Shown: positions 1 through 6,718 of the stretch, piece by piece
Layout of the letters: the number at the start of each line of letters is the position of its first letter
Numbering within the stretch: position 1 is the stretch's first letter
Assembly (NCBI GenBank): GCA_043819795.1
Contig: JBDREN010000237.1
Location: 1-16,680 of the forward strand
Length of the DNA stretch: 16,680 nucleotides
Direction: 5' to 3'
DNA from: Elusimicrobiota bacterium
Lineage (GTDB): Bacteria > Elusimicrobiota > Elusimicrobia > UBA1565
Program-made: the position numbers and the translations under genes
Notes under the pieces: model-generated
Seen by the model: the letters and a program-made list of their open reading frames with translations, nothing else
What the model was told of the DNA's origin: nothing
The model's database searches: none

Positions 1-3000
1 CACGTGCGGACCTCCGGCCTGGGCGTGGAGCCCTACGGCGACGACCCCGCGCCGCTCCAGCTGCGGATCGCCGAGGGCGGGACGATCAACCTGCACGGCA
101 GCTACTGCGACGCGGGGCTGTGCGTGGGCCAAGACGCCGACATCGTGATCCAGGACGGGCACACCTACACGGTGAGCGTGCCCGGCGGCCAGGTGACCGA
201 CAGCGAGACGCCGGGCTCGACGGCGCTCCTGTTCGCCTTCGACTTCCACTATATGGACGTGGCGCTCAAGACGGTGGACATGGCCGGCGAGCCCTTGCCG
301 GGGGCCGTCTTCACCTGCGTCGAGGGATTCGGCCTGCCGCCACACGAGCCCTACCCCAGCCCGCAGACGGTCCACATGGCCGACGGCGGCTCGATCTGCG
401 TGGGCGGCGAGTACCACGACCTGGGCCTCGGCGTGTCCAACGGCCAGTGGCGCGAGGTCGCGCAGGGCCATACCTACACCATCAACACGCACACGAACGA
501 GCTCATCTCGGACGAAGCCACTCCCGGGGCGACCGAGGTGCGCTTCGCCTTCGACTTCCACTACATGGACGTGGCGCTCAAGACCGTGGACATGACCGGC
601 GAGCCCTTGCCGGGGACCGTATTCGCCTGCGTCGAGGGCTTCGGGCTCTCGGTCAACGAGCCCTACCCCAGCCCGCAGACGGTCCACATGGCCGACGGCG
701 GCTCGATCTGCGTGGGCGGCGAGTACTATAACCTGGGCCTCGGCGCGTCGAACAGCCAGTGGCGCGAGGTCTTCCAGGGCCACACCTACACCATCAACAC
801 GCACACAGGCGAGCTCATCTCGGACGAGGCCACGCCCGGGGCGACCGAGGTGCGCTTCGCTTTCGATTTTCAGCCCCTCGACCTCATCGTGGACACGGTC
901 GACTCCTCGGGCGCCCACCTGCCGGGCGACATAGAGCTGCGCACGCCGGGGCTGAACATGGAGCCGGGCACGTACCCCGCGCCGATCGAAGTCCGCATCG
1001 CCGACGGCGGGTGGATCGACCTCAAAGCGCACTACTGCGACGCGGGGCTGTGCATGAGCCAGAAGGCCAACCTCATGGTCCAAGGCGGGCACACCTACAC
1101 GGTGAACGTACCCGGCGGCGAGGTGACCGACCGCGAGACCCCGGGCTCGACGGCCGTCCTCTTCGCCTTTCATTTCCAGTACCTCGACATCCTCCTGGAC
1201 GCGGTCGACGCCTCGGGCACCCACCTGCCGGGCGACATAGAGGTGCGCACGCCGGGGCTGGGCATGGAGCCGGGCACCTATCCCGCGCCGGTCAATCTGC
1301 GGATGGCCGACGGCGGCAACATCGACCTCAAAGCGCACTACTGCGACGCAGGGCTCTGCATGAGCCAGAAGGCCAACCTCATGGTCCAGGGCGGGCACAC
1401 CTACACGGTGAACGTGCCCGGCGGCGAGGTGACCGACCAGGAGACCCCGGGCTCGACGGCCGTCCTCTTCGCCTTTCATTTCCAGTACCTCGACCTCCTC
1501 CTGGACGCGGTCGACGCCTCGGGCGGCCACGTGCCGGGCGACATTGAGGTGCGCACGCCGGGGTTGAGCGTGGAGCCGGGCACCTACCCCGCGCCGGTCG
1601 AGCTGCGGATGGCCGACGGCGGCAACATCGACCTCAAAGCGCACTACTGCGACGCGGGGCTCTGCATGAGCCGGAAAGCCAACCTCACGGTCCAAGGCGG
1701 GCACACCTACACGGTGAACGTGCCCGGCGGCGAGGTGACCGACCAGGAGACCCCGGGCTCGACGGCCGTCCTCTTCGCCTTCGACTTCCTCTACATGGAC
1801 GTGGAGGTGGCGACGGTGGACATGGAGGACGAGCCATTGCCGGGGACCGTCCTCGCCTGCGCCGAGGGCTTCGGACTGCCGGTCGACGAGCCCTACCCCA
1901 GCCCGCAGATGGTCCACATGGCCGACGGCGGCTCGATCTGCCTGGGCGGGAGATACTCTGACGAGGCTATCGACGTTTCGAAGGCCCGGTGGCTCAATGT
2001 CCAGCAGGGCCGGACCTACCGCATCGACATGCGGACCGGCGAATCGACCTCGGAGTCTACGCCGTCGGCCACGCGAGTCCTGTTCGTGGCTCCTATCGAG
2101 CCCGAGCCGCCCTGCGGTCCGCCCCCGGCGGGACTCGTGAGCTGGTGGCCCGGGGAAGGCGACGCCTCCGACATCCAGGGCGGAAACGACGGAAGGCCGG
2201 TGAACGGCGCCGCCTTCGCCCCCGGCAAGGTGGGCCAATCCTTCGGCTTCGACGGGGCGGACGACGGCGTATTCATCGCCCGATCCGACAGCCTCGACCT
2301 GACGCAGGAGATGACCCTGATGGCCTGGATCAAGCCGGCGCGGCTGGACATCGGCCGACAGACCCTTTTCGGGGCGGACTGCGACCTGAGCGGCACGTGG
2401 GAGTTCGTCCTCGACGTGAACAGCCTGGGGTTCCATTACGTGAACATGGCGGATATCGTCTCGCCGGGGCCGGGGCTCGGCGATACCGACTGGCATCATG
2501 CGGCCGTCGTGCGCGGCGGCTCCTCCGGGAATTGGACCTATACCTTCTACATCGACGGGCAGCTCGACGGCGCGACGGCCCACGACGGCGATCTCGTCTC
2601 CCGCAACAGCGGCACGCTGCTGGGGCTGGGAAGAAACGGCGCCGCCTCGTTCGGCGGCCTCATCGACGAGGCCGCGGTCTTCGGCCGGGCCCTCGCGGCC
2701 GAGGAGATACAGGCCGTCTTCGCGGCCGGCGGCGCGGGGATGTGCCAGCCGCCGCCCCACGTCCTCACGACCTCGCTTCCGGACGGGGCCGTGGGGGAGC
2801 CGGCCTCGATGCGGGTCCGGGCTGCGGGAGGCGCGCCTCCCTTGAGCTTCGGCCTGGCCGCCGGCGCCCTGCCGCCCGGCTTGGAGCTGAGCGCGGAGGG
2901 GCTGTTCACCGGCGCCCCGACCCAGGCGGGGAGCTTCACCTTCACCGTCCAGGTCCTGGACGCCGCCGGGTCGACGGACAGCCGGGAGTTGAACCTCGTC

Positions 3001-4188
3001 ATCCTCCAGCAACGCCCCTGCGCCGCGCTCGAGGCCGGGGTGGCGGGCTGGTGGCGCGGGGAAGGGAGCGCCGCCGACGAGGTCCCGAACGGGAGCGACG
3101 GAACGCTCCGCAACGGCGCGGACTTCGCGTCGGGCAAGGTCGGCCAGGCCTTCAGCCTCGACGGGATCGACGACCACGTCGACATCCCCCGGTCGCCGGC
3201 TCTCCTTGACGTGACCCAGGACATGACCTTGACGGCCTGGATCAAGCCCGACCGCCTCGATATCGGCCGCCAGACCGTCATCGGGGCCGAGGACGGCCTG
3301 ACCGGCGCCTGGGAGATGGCCCTCAACGGCCACAGGCTGGAGTTCCGCCATCTGGATGTGGAGGATATCGTCTCCGCCGGGCCCGGGCTCGGCGACACCG
3401 AATGGCATCATGTCGCCGTCGTGCGCGGCGGATCCTCCGGGGACTGGGAGTATTCCTACTATGTCGACGGGCGGCTCGACGGCGTCGCGAGCCGCGGCGG
3501 CGACCTCGTGCCCCGCGACACCGACACGCTCCTGGGGCTGGGGAGGGACGGCGCGTTCCCGTTCGGCGGCCTCATCGACGAGGCCGCGGTCTTCGGCCGG
3601 GCCCTTTCGGCCGAAGAGATCCAGGCCGTCTTCGCCGCGGGCGCCGCGGGGATGTGCCCCGAGATCAACCAGCTGCCCGTCGCGGAGGCCGGGCCGGACC
3701 GCGCGGCGCTGGCCGGCATCGCGGTCGCCTTCGACGGGTCGGCATCGGCGGATCCCGACGGGGAGATCGTGAGCTTCGACTGGGACTTCGGCGACGGCGC
3801 GGCGGGCGCCGGGCCGGCGGCCAGCCACGTCTATCCATCCGCGGGCATCTTCGCGGTCACGCTGACGGTCTCGGACGATGACGGCGCGACCGGGACGGAT
3901 ACCGCCATCGTGACGGTGCGATCGCCCGACCAGGCCATCGCGGACCTCGCCGCCGAAGTCTCGGCCCTCGCCCTGCCGGCCGGGACTTCGCAGTCGCTCC
4001 GATCCAAGCTCGTCGCCGCCATGAGCTCGGCGGACAAGAAAAAAGACACGGCGGCGAGGGGACAGCTCCAGGCGTTCATGAACGAAGTGCGGGCCCAGCG
4101 GGGCAAGCGCCTCACGGCGGATCAGGCCGACGCCCTGCTGGCCGCGGCCGGCGAGATACTGGCTTCCCTTGAGGCGCTGAACCCGTAG
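1..4188 (+). CDS. Giant repetitive secreted/surface protein, 5'-truncated by the window: tandem ~100-aa repeats, LamG-like domain, Ig-like (He_PIG-type) domain, second LamG-like domain, PKD domain, C-terminal helical (FIMAH-like) domain
   Basis: Open frame from the window edge, starting mid-repeat, to TAG at 4186-4188. LamG-like blocks (GLVSWWPGEG...GKVGQSFGFDG...WHHAAVV...FYIDGQL...GLIDEAAVFGRAL) lie at ~2113-2745 and ~3019-3657. An Ig-like segment (GALPPGLELSAEGLFTGAPTQAGSFTFTVQV) lies at ~2752-3010. A PKD domain (FDGSASADPDGEIVSFDWDFGDG...VTLTVSDDDG) lies at ~3667-3920. The helical tail (SLRSKL...ARGQLQAFMNEVRAQRGK) lies at ~3925-4185. Confidence 0.85.
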   Translation, partial: HVRTSGLGVEPYGDDPAPLQLRIAEGGTINLHGSYCDAGLCVGQDADIVIQDGHTYTVSVPGGQVTDSETPGSTALLFAFDFHYMDVALKTVDMAGEPLPGAVFTCVEGFGLPPHEPYPSPQTVHMADGGSICVGGEYHDLGLGVSNGQWREVAQGHTYTINTHTNELISDEATPGATEVRFAFDFHYMDVALKTVDMTGEPLPGTVFACVEGFGLSVNEPYPSPQTVHMADGGSICVGGEYYNLGLGASNSQWREVFQGHTYTINTHTGELISDEATPGATEVRFAFDFQPLDLIVDTVDSSGAHLPGDIELRTPGLNMEPGTYPAPIEVRIADGGWIDLKAHYCDAGLCMSQKANLMVQGGHTYTVNVPGGEVTDRETPGSTAVLFAFHFQYLDILLDAVDASGTHLPGDIEVRTPGLGMEPGTYPAPVNLRMADGGNIDLKAHYCDAGLCMSQKANLMVQGGHTYTVNVPGGEVTDQETPGSTAVLFAFHFQYLDLLLDAVDASGGHVPGDIEVRTPGLSVEPGTYPAPVELRMADGGNIDLKAHYCDAGLCMSRKANLTVQGGHTYTVNVPGGEVTDQETPGSTAVLFAFDFLYMDVEVATVDMEDEPLPGTVLACAEGFGLPVDEPYPSPQMVHMADGGSICLGGRYSDEAIDVSKARWLNVQQGRTYRIDMRTGESTSESTPSATRVLFVAPIEPEPPCGPPPAGLVSWWPGEGDASDIQGGNDGRPVNGAAFAPGKVGQSFGFDGADDGVFIARSDSLDLTQEMTLMAWIKPARLDIGRQTLFGADCDLSGTWEFVLDVNSLGFHYVNMADIVSPGPGLGDTDWHHAAVVRGGSSGNWTYTFYIDGQLDGATAHDGDLVSRNSGTLLGLGRNGAASFGGLIDEAAVFGRALAAEEIQAVFAAGGAGMCQPPPHVLTTSLPDGAVGEPASMRVRAAGGAPPLSFGLAAGALPPGLELSAEGLFTGAPTQAGSFTFTVQVLDAAGSTDSRELNLVILQQRPCAALEAGVAGWWRGEGSAADEVPNGSDGTLRNGADFASGKVGQAFSLDGIDDHVDIPRSPALLDVTQDMTLTAWIKPDRLDIGRQTVIGAEDGLTGAWEMALNGHRLEFRHLDVEDIVSAGPGLGDTEWHHVAVVRGGSSGDWEYSYYVDGRLDGVASRGGDLVPRDTDTLLGLGRDGAFPFGGLIDEAAVFGRALSAEEIQAVFAAGAAGMCPEINQLPVAEAGPDRAALAGIAVAFDGSASADPDGEIVSFDWDFGDGAAGAGPAASHVYPSAGIFAVTLTVSDDDGATGTDTAIVTVRSPDQAIADLAAEVSALALPAGTSQSLRSKLVAAMSSADKKKDTAARGQLQAFMNEVRAQRGKRLTADQADALLAAAGEILASLEALNP
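4..2100 (+). repeat. Intragenic tandem array of two related module types: partial B, A, A, B, B, B, diverged A
   Basis: A units begin YMDV at ~250, ~562 and ~1792 (312-nt period for the adjacent pair). B units begin Q(P/Y)LD at ~871, ~1177 and ~1483 (306-nt period). Adjacent same-type copies are nearly identical in DNA. Both types share ADGGxI, QGxTYT and TPGxTxVxFAFxF. Confidence 0.92.
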
Positions 4189-4243
4189 CCGGCCTTTGCG
4201 CCGGACGATACTCGCGCCTTCCCAAGGGCCGGCGAGAGCCAGG

Positions 4244-4270
4244 GGAAGCGGCGATCCGTCGCTTCCTTCA
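4244..4270 (+). terminator. Possible intrinsic terminator after the giant protein gene
   Basis: GGAAGCGGCG-ATC-CGTCGCTTCC forms a 10-bp stem with one G.U pair. It is followed only by TTCA, so the U-tract is weak. Confidence 0.4.
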
Positions 4271-4376
4271 TGATCGGCGGCCCATAATCACGATACCTGC
4301 GATTCAACGCGCCCAATAGGTTTCATAAGTCGCAGCCTGACGCCGCCGTTTTCTTGTCGTCGAGGGGGGCGGTTTC

Positions 4377-4387
4377 TGTGGTATAAT
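4377..4387 (+). promoter_or_regulatory. Extended -10 sigma70-type promoter of the transglycosylase gene
   Basis: TGTG-G-TATAAT at 4377-4387 is a consensus extended -10. It lies 8 nt before the GTG at 4396, with no Shine-Dalgarno in between. Confidence 0.75.
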
Positions 4388-4395
4388 ATACGCGG

Positions 4396-5301
4396 GTGGT
4401 CAGAACAATCAGCCGTTTGTTTCTGGTCTGGACGTTCTTAGCAACAACCTCGAGTACGGCTCAATCCCAGACCCTGGAAGGCGCCAAGGTCCCGCAAGGG
4501 GACGGCTCTCGGCGCCCGCTTCTGCTTGCCCAGCTGCCCCTTCCCGCCGGGAGCTTCGATTGGACGCGGCTGAACCGTCTCTTCGACGCGTCCAAAGCGC
4601 GCGAGCCGCTCAAGAAGGACGCCCCCGACGGGGCCGTCAAGAGGCCGGCGCGGCCGGCCGCGCCCAAGGCCCCGGAGCGGCGCTTGGTGCGCGGCAGGCT
4701 CAAGCAGACCCGCCATCCGCTCGTCGTCCCCACGCCGAAGGCCACGGAAGCGTACCGGCGCACGTTCGGGTACCTGATGGCGCGGCCGGACAAGACGGAC
4801 CGCTTCGACGAGATCATCCTGAAATACGCCTACAAGTTCGAGCTCGACCCGCGCCTCCTGAAGGCCATCATGGCCGCCGAGTCGGAGTTCAACCGCTTCG
4901 CCCGCTCGCCGGTGGGAGCGCGCGGCCTGATGCAGGTGATGCCGCGGACCGCCGCGTCCATGGGAGTGCCCGGCAACCGGCTGACCGACCCCGTGCAGAA
5001 CGTCCGGGCCGGAGCCAGCTACCTCGCCCATCTATTCAGCAGGGTCTGGCGGCGCTACAAGCTCAAGGGGGTCCGCTTCCAGGACGCCCCGCTTTGGGTG
5101 GTGCAGCGGGTCTTGGCGGCCTACCACGCCGGGCCCCGGTTCCTCTACAAGAACCGCTGGTTCCGCTCGACGCGCCACTACGTGCGCAAGGTCCTGCTCT
5201 TCTACCAGTCCGGCGTGACCGACATCCGGCGCCTGCCGGATGAGAAGCGGCAGGTCACGGAGATGACGATCATCCCCTCGTCTTCGGGCTCGTTCCGCTA
5301 G
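4396..5301 (+). CDS. Exported lytic transglycosylase (SLT domain, GH23-like)
   Basis: N-terminal signal peptide (ISRLFLVWTFLATTSSTAQS). SLT motifs: LDPRLLKAIMAAES (catalytic Glu), SPVGARGLMQVMPRTA, DPVQNVRAGASYL, LAAYHAGP and TRHYVRKV. Confidence 0.92.
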   Translation: MVRTISRLFLVWTFLATTSSTAQSQTLEGAKVPQGDGSRRPLLLAQLPLPAGSFDWTRLNRLFDASKAREPLKKDAPDGAVKRPARPAAPKAPERRLVRGRLKQTRHPLVVPTPKATEAYRRTFGYLMARPDKTDRFDEIILKYAYKFELDPRLLKAIMAAESEFNRFARSPVGARGLMQVMPRTAASMGVPGNRLTDPVQNVRAGASYLAHLFSRVWRRYKLKGVRFQDAPLWVVQRVLAAYHAGPRFLYKNRWFRSTRHYVRKVLLFYQSGVTDIRRLPDEKRQVTEMTIIPSSSGSFR

Positions 5302-5303
5302 TC

Positions 5304-5346
5304 CGCAACGGAGCGGGATTCCCGTCGCGAATCCCGCTCCGTTGCG
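5304..5346 (+). terminator. Strong stem-loop directly after the transglycosylase stop (terminator or REP-like element)
   Basis: CGCAACGGAGCGGGATTC (5304-5321) and GAATCCCGCTCCGTTGCG (5329-5346) form a perfect 18-bp stem with a 7-nt loop. No long U-tract follows. Confidence 0.7.
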
Positions 5347-5350
5347 TTGC

Positions 5351-5380
5351 TGGACACCGCTTCCGGCAAATTCCTACCAT
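5351..5380 (+). promoter_or_regulatory. Putative sigma70-type promoter of the flavin reductase-like gene
   Basis: -35 TGGACA (5351-5356), 18-nt spacer, -10 TACCAT (5375-5380). Confidence 0.5.
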
Positions 5381-5391
5381 TACAGCATCTT

Positions 5392-5433
5392 GGATTTTTG
5401 AGAAGATTTCCATGGAAATCTTCTCAAAAATCC
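5392..5433. repeat. Perfect 42-bp AT-rich palindrome with no spacer
   Basis: GGATTTTTGAGAAGATTTCCA|TGGAAATCTTCTCAAAAATCC; the two 21-nt halves are exact reverse complements. Confidence 0.95.
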
Positions 5434-5451
5434 GCTTCCAGACCGCGCTCC

Positions 5452-6060
5452 ATGGAACTCGAGCCCGACGACCTGTCCACCGGCGACCGCTACAAGCTGA
5501 TGACCTCGGTCATCCAGCCTCGCCCGATCGCCTGGGTCTCCACCCAGGACAAATACGGCTGCAACAACCTGGCGCCCTTCAGTTTCTTCACCGGGATCAC
5601 GGCCAAGCCCATGACGCTGTGCTTCGCGCCGGCCCTCGACGGCGAAGGGAGGAAGAAGGACACGCTCGTCAACATCGAGGCGACCGGCGCGTTCGTCGTG
5701 AACGCGGCCACCGAGGCCACCGCCGGCAAGATGGTCCAGACCTCGGCCGCCTATCCGTACGGCGTCGACGAGTTTAAGAAGGCGGGCCTCACCCCGGAGC
5801 GCAGCCTCTTGGTCGATCCCCCGCGAGTGAAGGAGTCCCCGGTCAGCCTCGAATGCAAGCTCGACCGGGTGCTCGAGATCTCCAAGGGACCGATGGGAGG
5901 CAACCTGGTGATCGGCACCGTCGTCTACGTCCGGATCCACGACGCGCTTTGGAAGCAAGGGCGCGTCTCCCACCGGGACCTGAAAGCCGTCGGCCGCCTC
6001 GAGGGCCGGTGGTACTCCCGCGTCACCGACGACCTCGAGATCCCCTGGCCCAAGATCTAG
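5452..6060 (+). CDS. Flavin reductase-like FMN-binding protein (DIM6/NTAB, flavoredoxin-like family)
   Basis: Motifs YKLMTSVIQPRPIAWVST, NLAPFSFF, KDTLVNIEATGAFVVN, PPRVKESPVSLECKL and VGRLEGRWY. Family similarity begins at ATG 5452 (MELEPDDL), not at the ORF-track start 5347. Confidence 0.9.
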   Translation: MELEPDDLSTGDRYKLMTSVIQPRPIAWVSTQDKYGCNNLAPFSFFTGITAKPMTLCFAPALDGEGRKKDTLVNIEATGAFVVNAATEATAGKMVQTSAAYPYGVDEFKKAGLTPERSLLVDPPRVKESPVSLECKLDRVLEISKGPMGGNLVIGTVVYVRIHDALWKQGRVSHRDLKAVGRLEGRWYSRVTDDLEIPWPKI

Positions 6061-6557
6061 GCGGTTCCCTCGGAGAGCAGGCCGCGCCCGCGCGTGCGCA
6101 GCCAGCGCCGGTGGGCCTTGTGGTCGGGGCACCAACGCTCGACCAGCCTCCAGAAATCCCGGGAATGGCTCATCTCCAGAAGGTGGGCCAGCTCGTGGAC
6201 GACGACGTAGTCGAGGACCTCCGGCGGCGCGAGGGTCAGCCGCCAGTTGAAGTTCAGGTTCCCCTTGGCCGAGCAGCTCCCCCAGCGCGTCCGCTGGTCC
6301 TTCACGCGGACCTTCCCGTAGCCCACGCCCATGACCCGGCTCCAGTCCTCGACCCGCGACGCCAGGACCGACGCGGCGCGCCGCCGCTCAGTCGCGTGGC
6401 GGGGCCGCGCCCGGCCGGCCGGCCTCGTCACGGGCCCGAATCCTTCGCCGGGGCGGGGGAACAAGCCCGGCAGCCCGCCGCGAAGGTCCGTCAGGAAGCG
6501 GCGGACCTCCTCGACGAGCCGGGCGGTCCGCTGCCTGCCGGCTCCGAAGAGCTGCAC
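6057..6557 (-). CDS. YgjP/DUF45-like zinc metallopeptidase-family protein (M48/SprT-like)
   Basis: Motifs VKDQRTRWGSCS, LNFNWRL, DYVVVHELAHL (HExxH) and HSRDFWRLV. The probable start is GTG 6557, 7 nt after a TACAAT box. The stop overlaps the convergent gene's stop in CTAG 6057-6060. Confidence 0.85.
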   Translation of the reverse strand: MQLFGAGRQRTARLVEEVRRFLTDLRGGLPGLFPRPGEGFGPVTRPAGRARPRHATERRRAASVLASRVEDWSRVMGVGYGKVRVKDQRTRWGSCSAKGNLNFNWRLTLAPPEVLDYVVVHELAHLLEMSHSRDFWRLVERWCPDHKAHRRWLRTRGRGLLSEGTA

Positions 6558-6564
6558 GGCATGG

Positions 6565-6570
6565 ATTGTA
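6565..6570 (-). promoter_or_regulatory. Putative -10 box for the metallopeptidase gene
   Basis: TACAAT on the - strand, 7 nt upstream of the in-frame GTG at 6557. Confidence 0.55.
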
Positions 6571-6611
6571 GCCAATCCGAGAGGGCGGGAGAAGAGCTCC
6601 CCCGTGAAGAC

Positions 6612-6640
6612 TTGAAAAATTAATATATGCGGGCTACCAT
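6612..6640 (+). promoter_or_regulatory. Sigma70-type promoter of the rotor/stator operon
   Basis: -35 TTGAAA (6612-6617), 17-nt AT-rich spacer, -10 TACCAT (6635-6640), in the divergent intergenic region. Confidence 0.7.
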
Positions 6641-6641
6641 T

Positions 6642-6662
6642 GGAGGAATCCTGGATTCCTCC
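6642..6662. promoter_or_regulatory. Operator-like inverted repeat over the predicted transcription start
   Basis: GGAGGAATCC-T-GGATTCCTCC is a perfect 10-1-10 palindrome immediately after the -10 box. Confidence 0.6.
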
Positions 6663-6718
6663 GGAAATTCCCGCCGAAATCTCCGGAAAGTCCCGTCCAT
6701 CGAAGTCTCGGAGCGAGG

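Noticed and set aside
4..2100. CRISPR array or DGR template/variable repeats
   Set aside because: The repeats are ~306-312-nt in-frame coding units with no spacers. Differences are not evidently adenine-specific, and no cas or reverse transcriptase gene is present.
5347..5451. N-terminal extension of the flavin reductase ORF
   Set aside because: It runs through the promoter-like boxes and the 42-bp palindrome; family similarity starts at ATG 5452.
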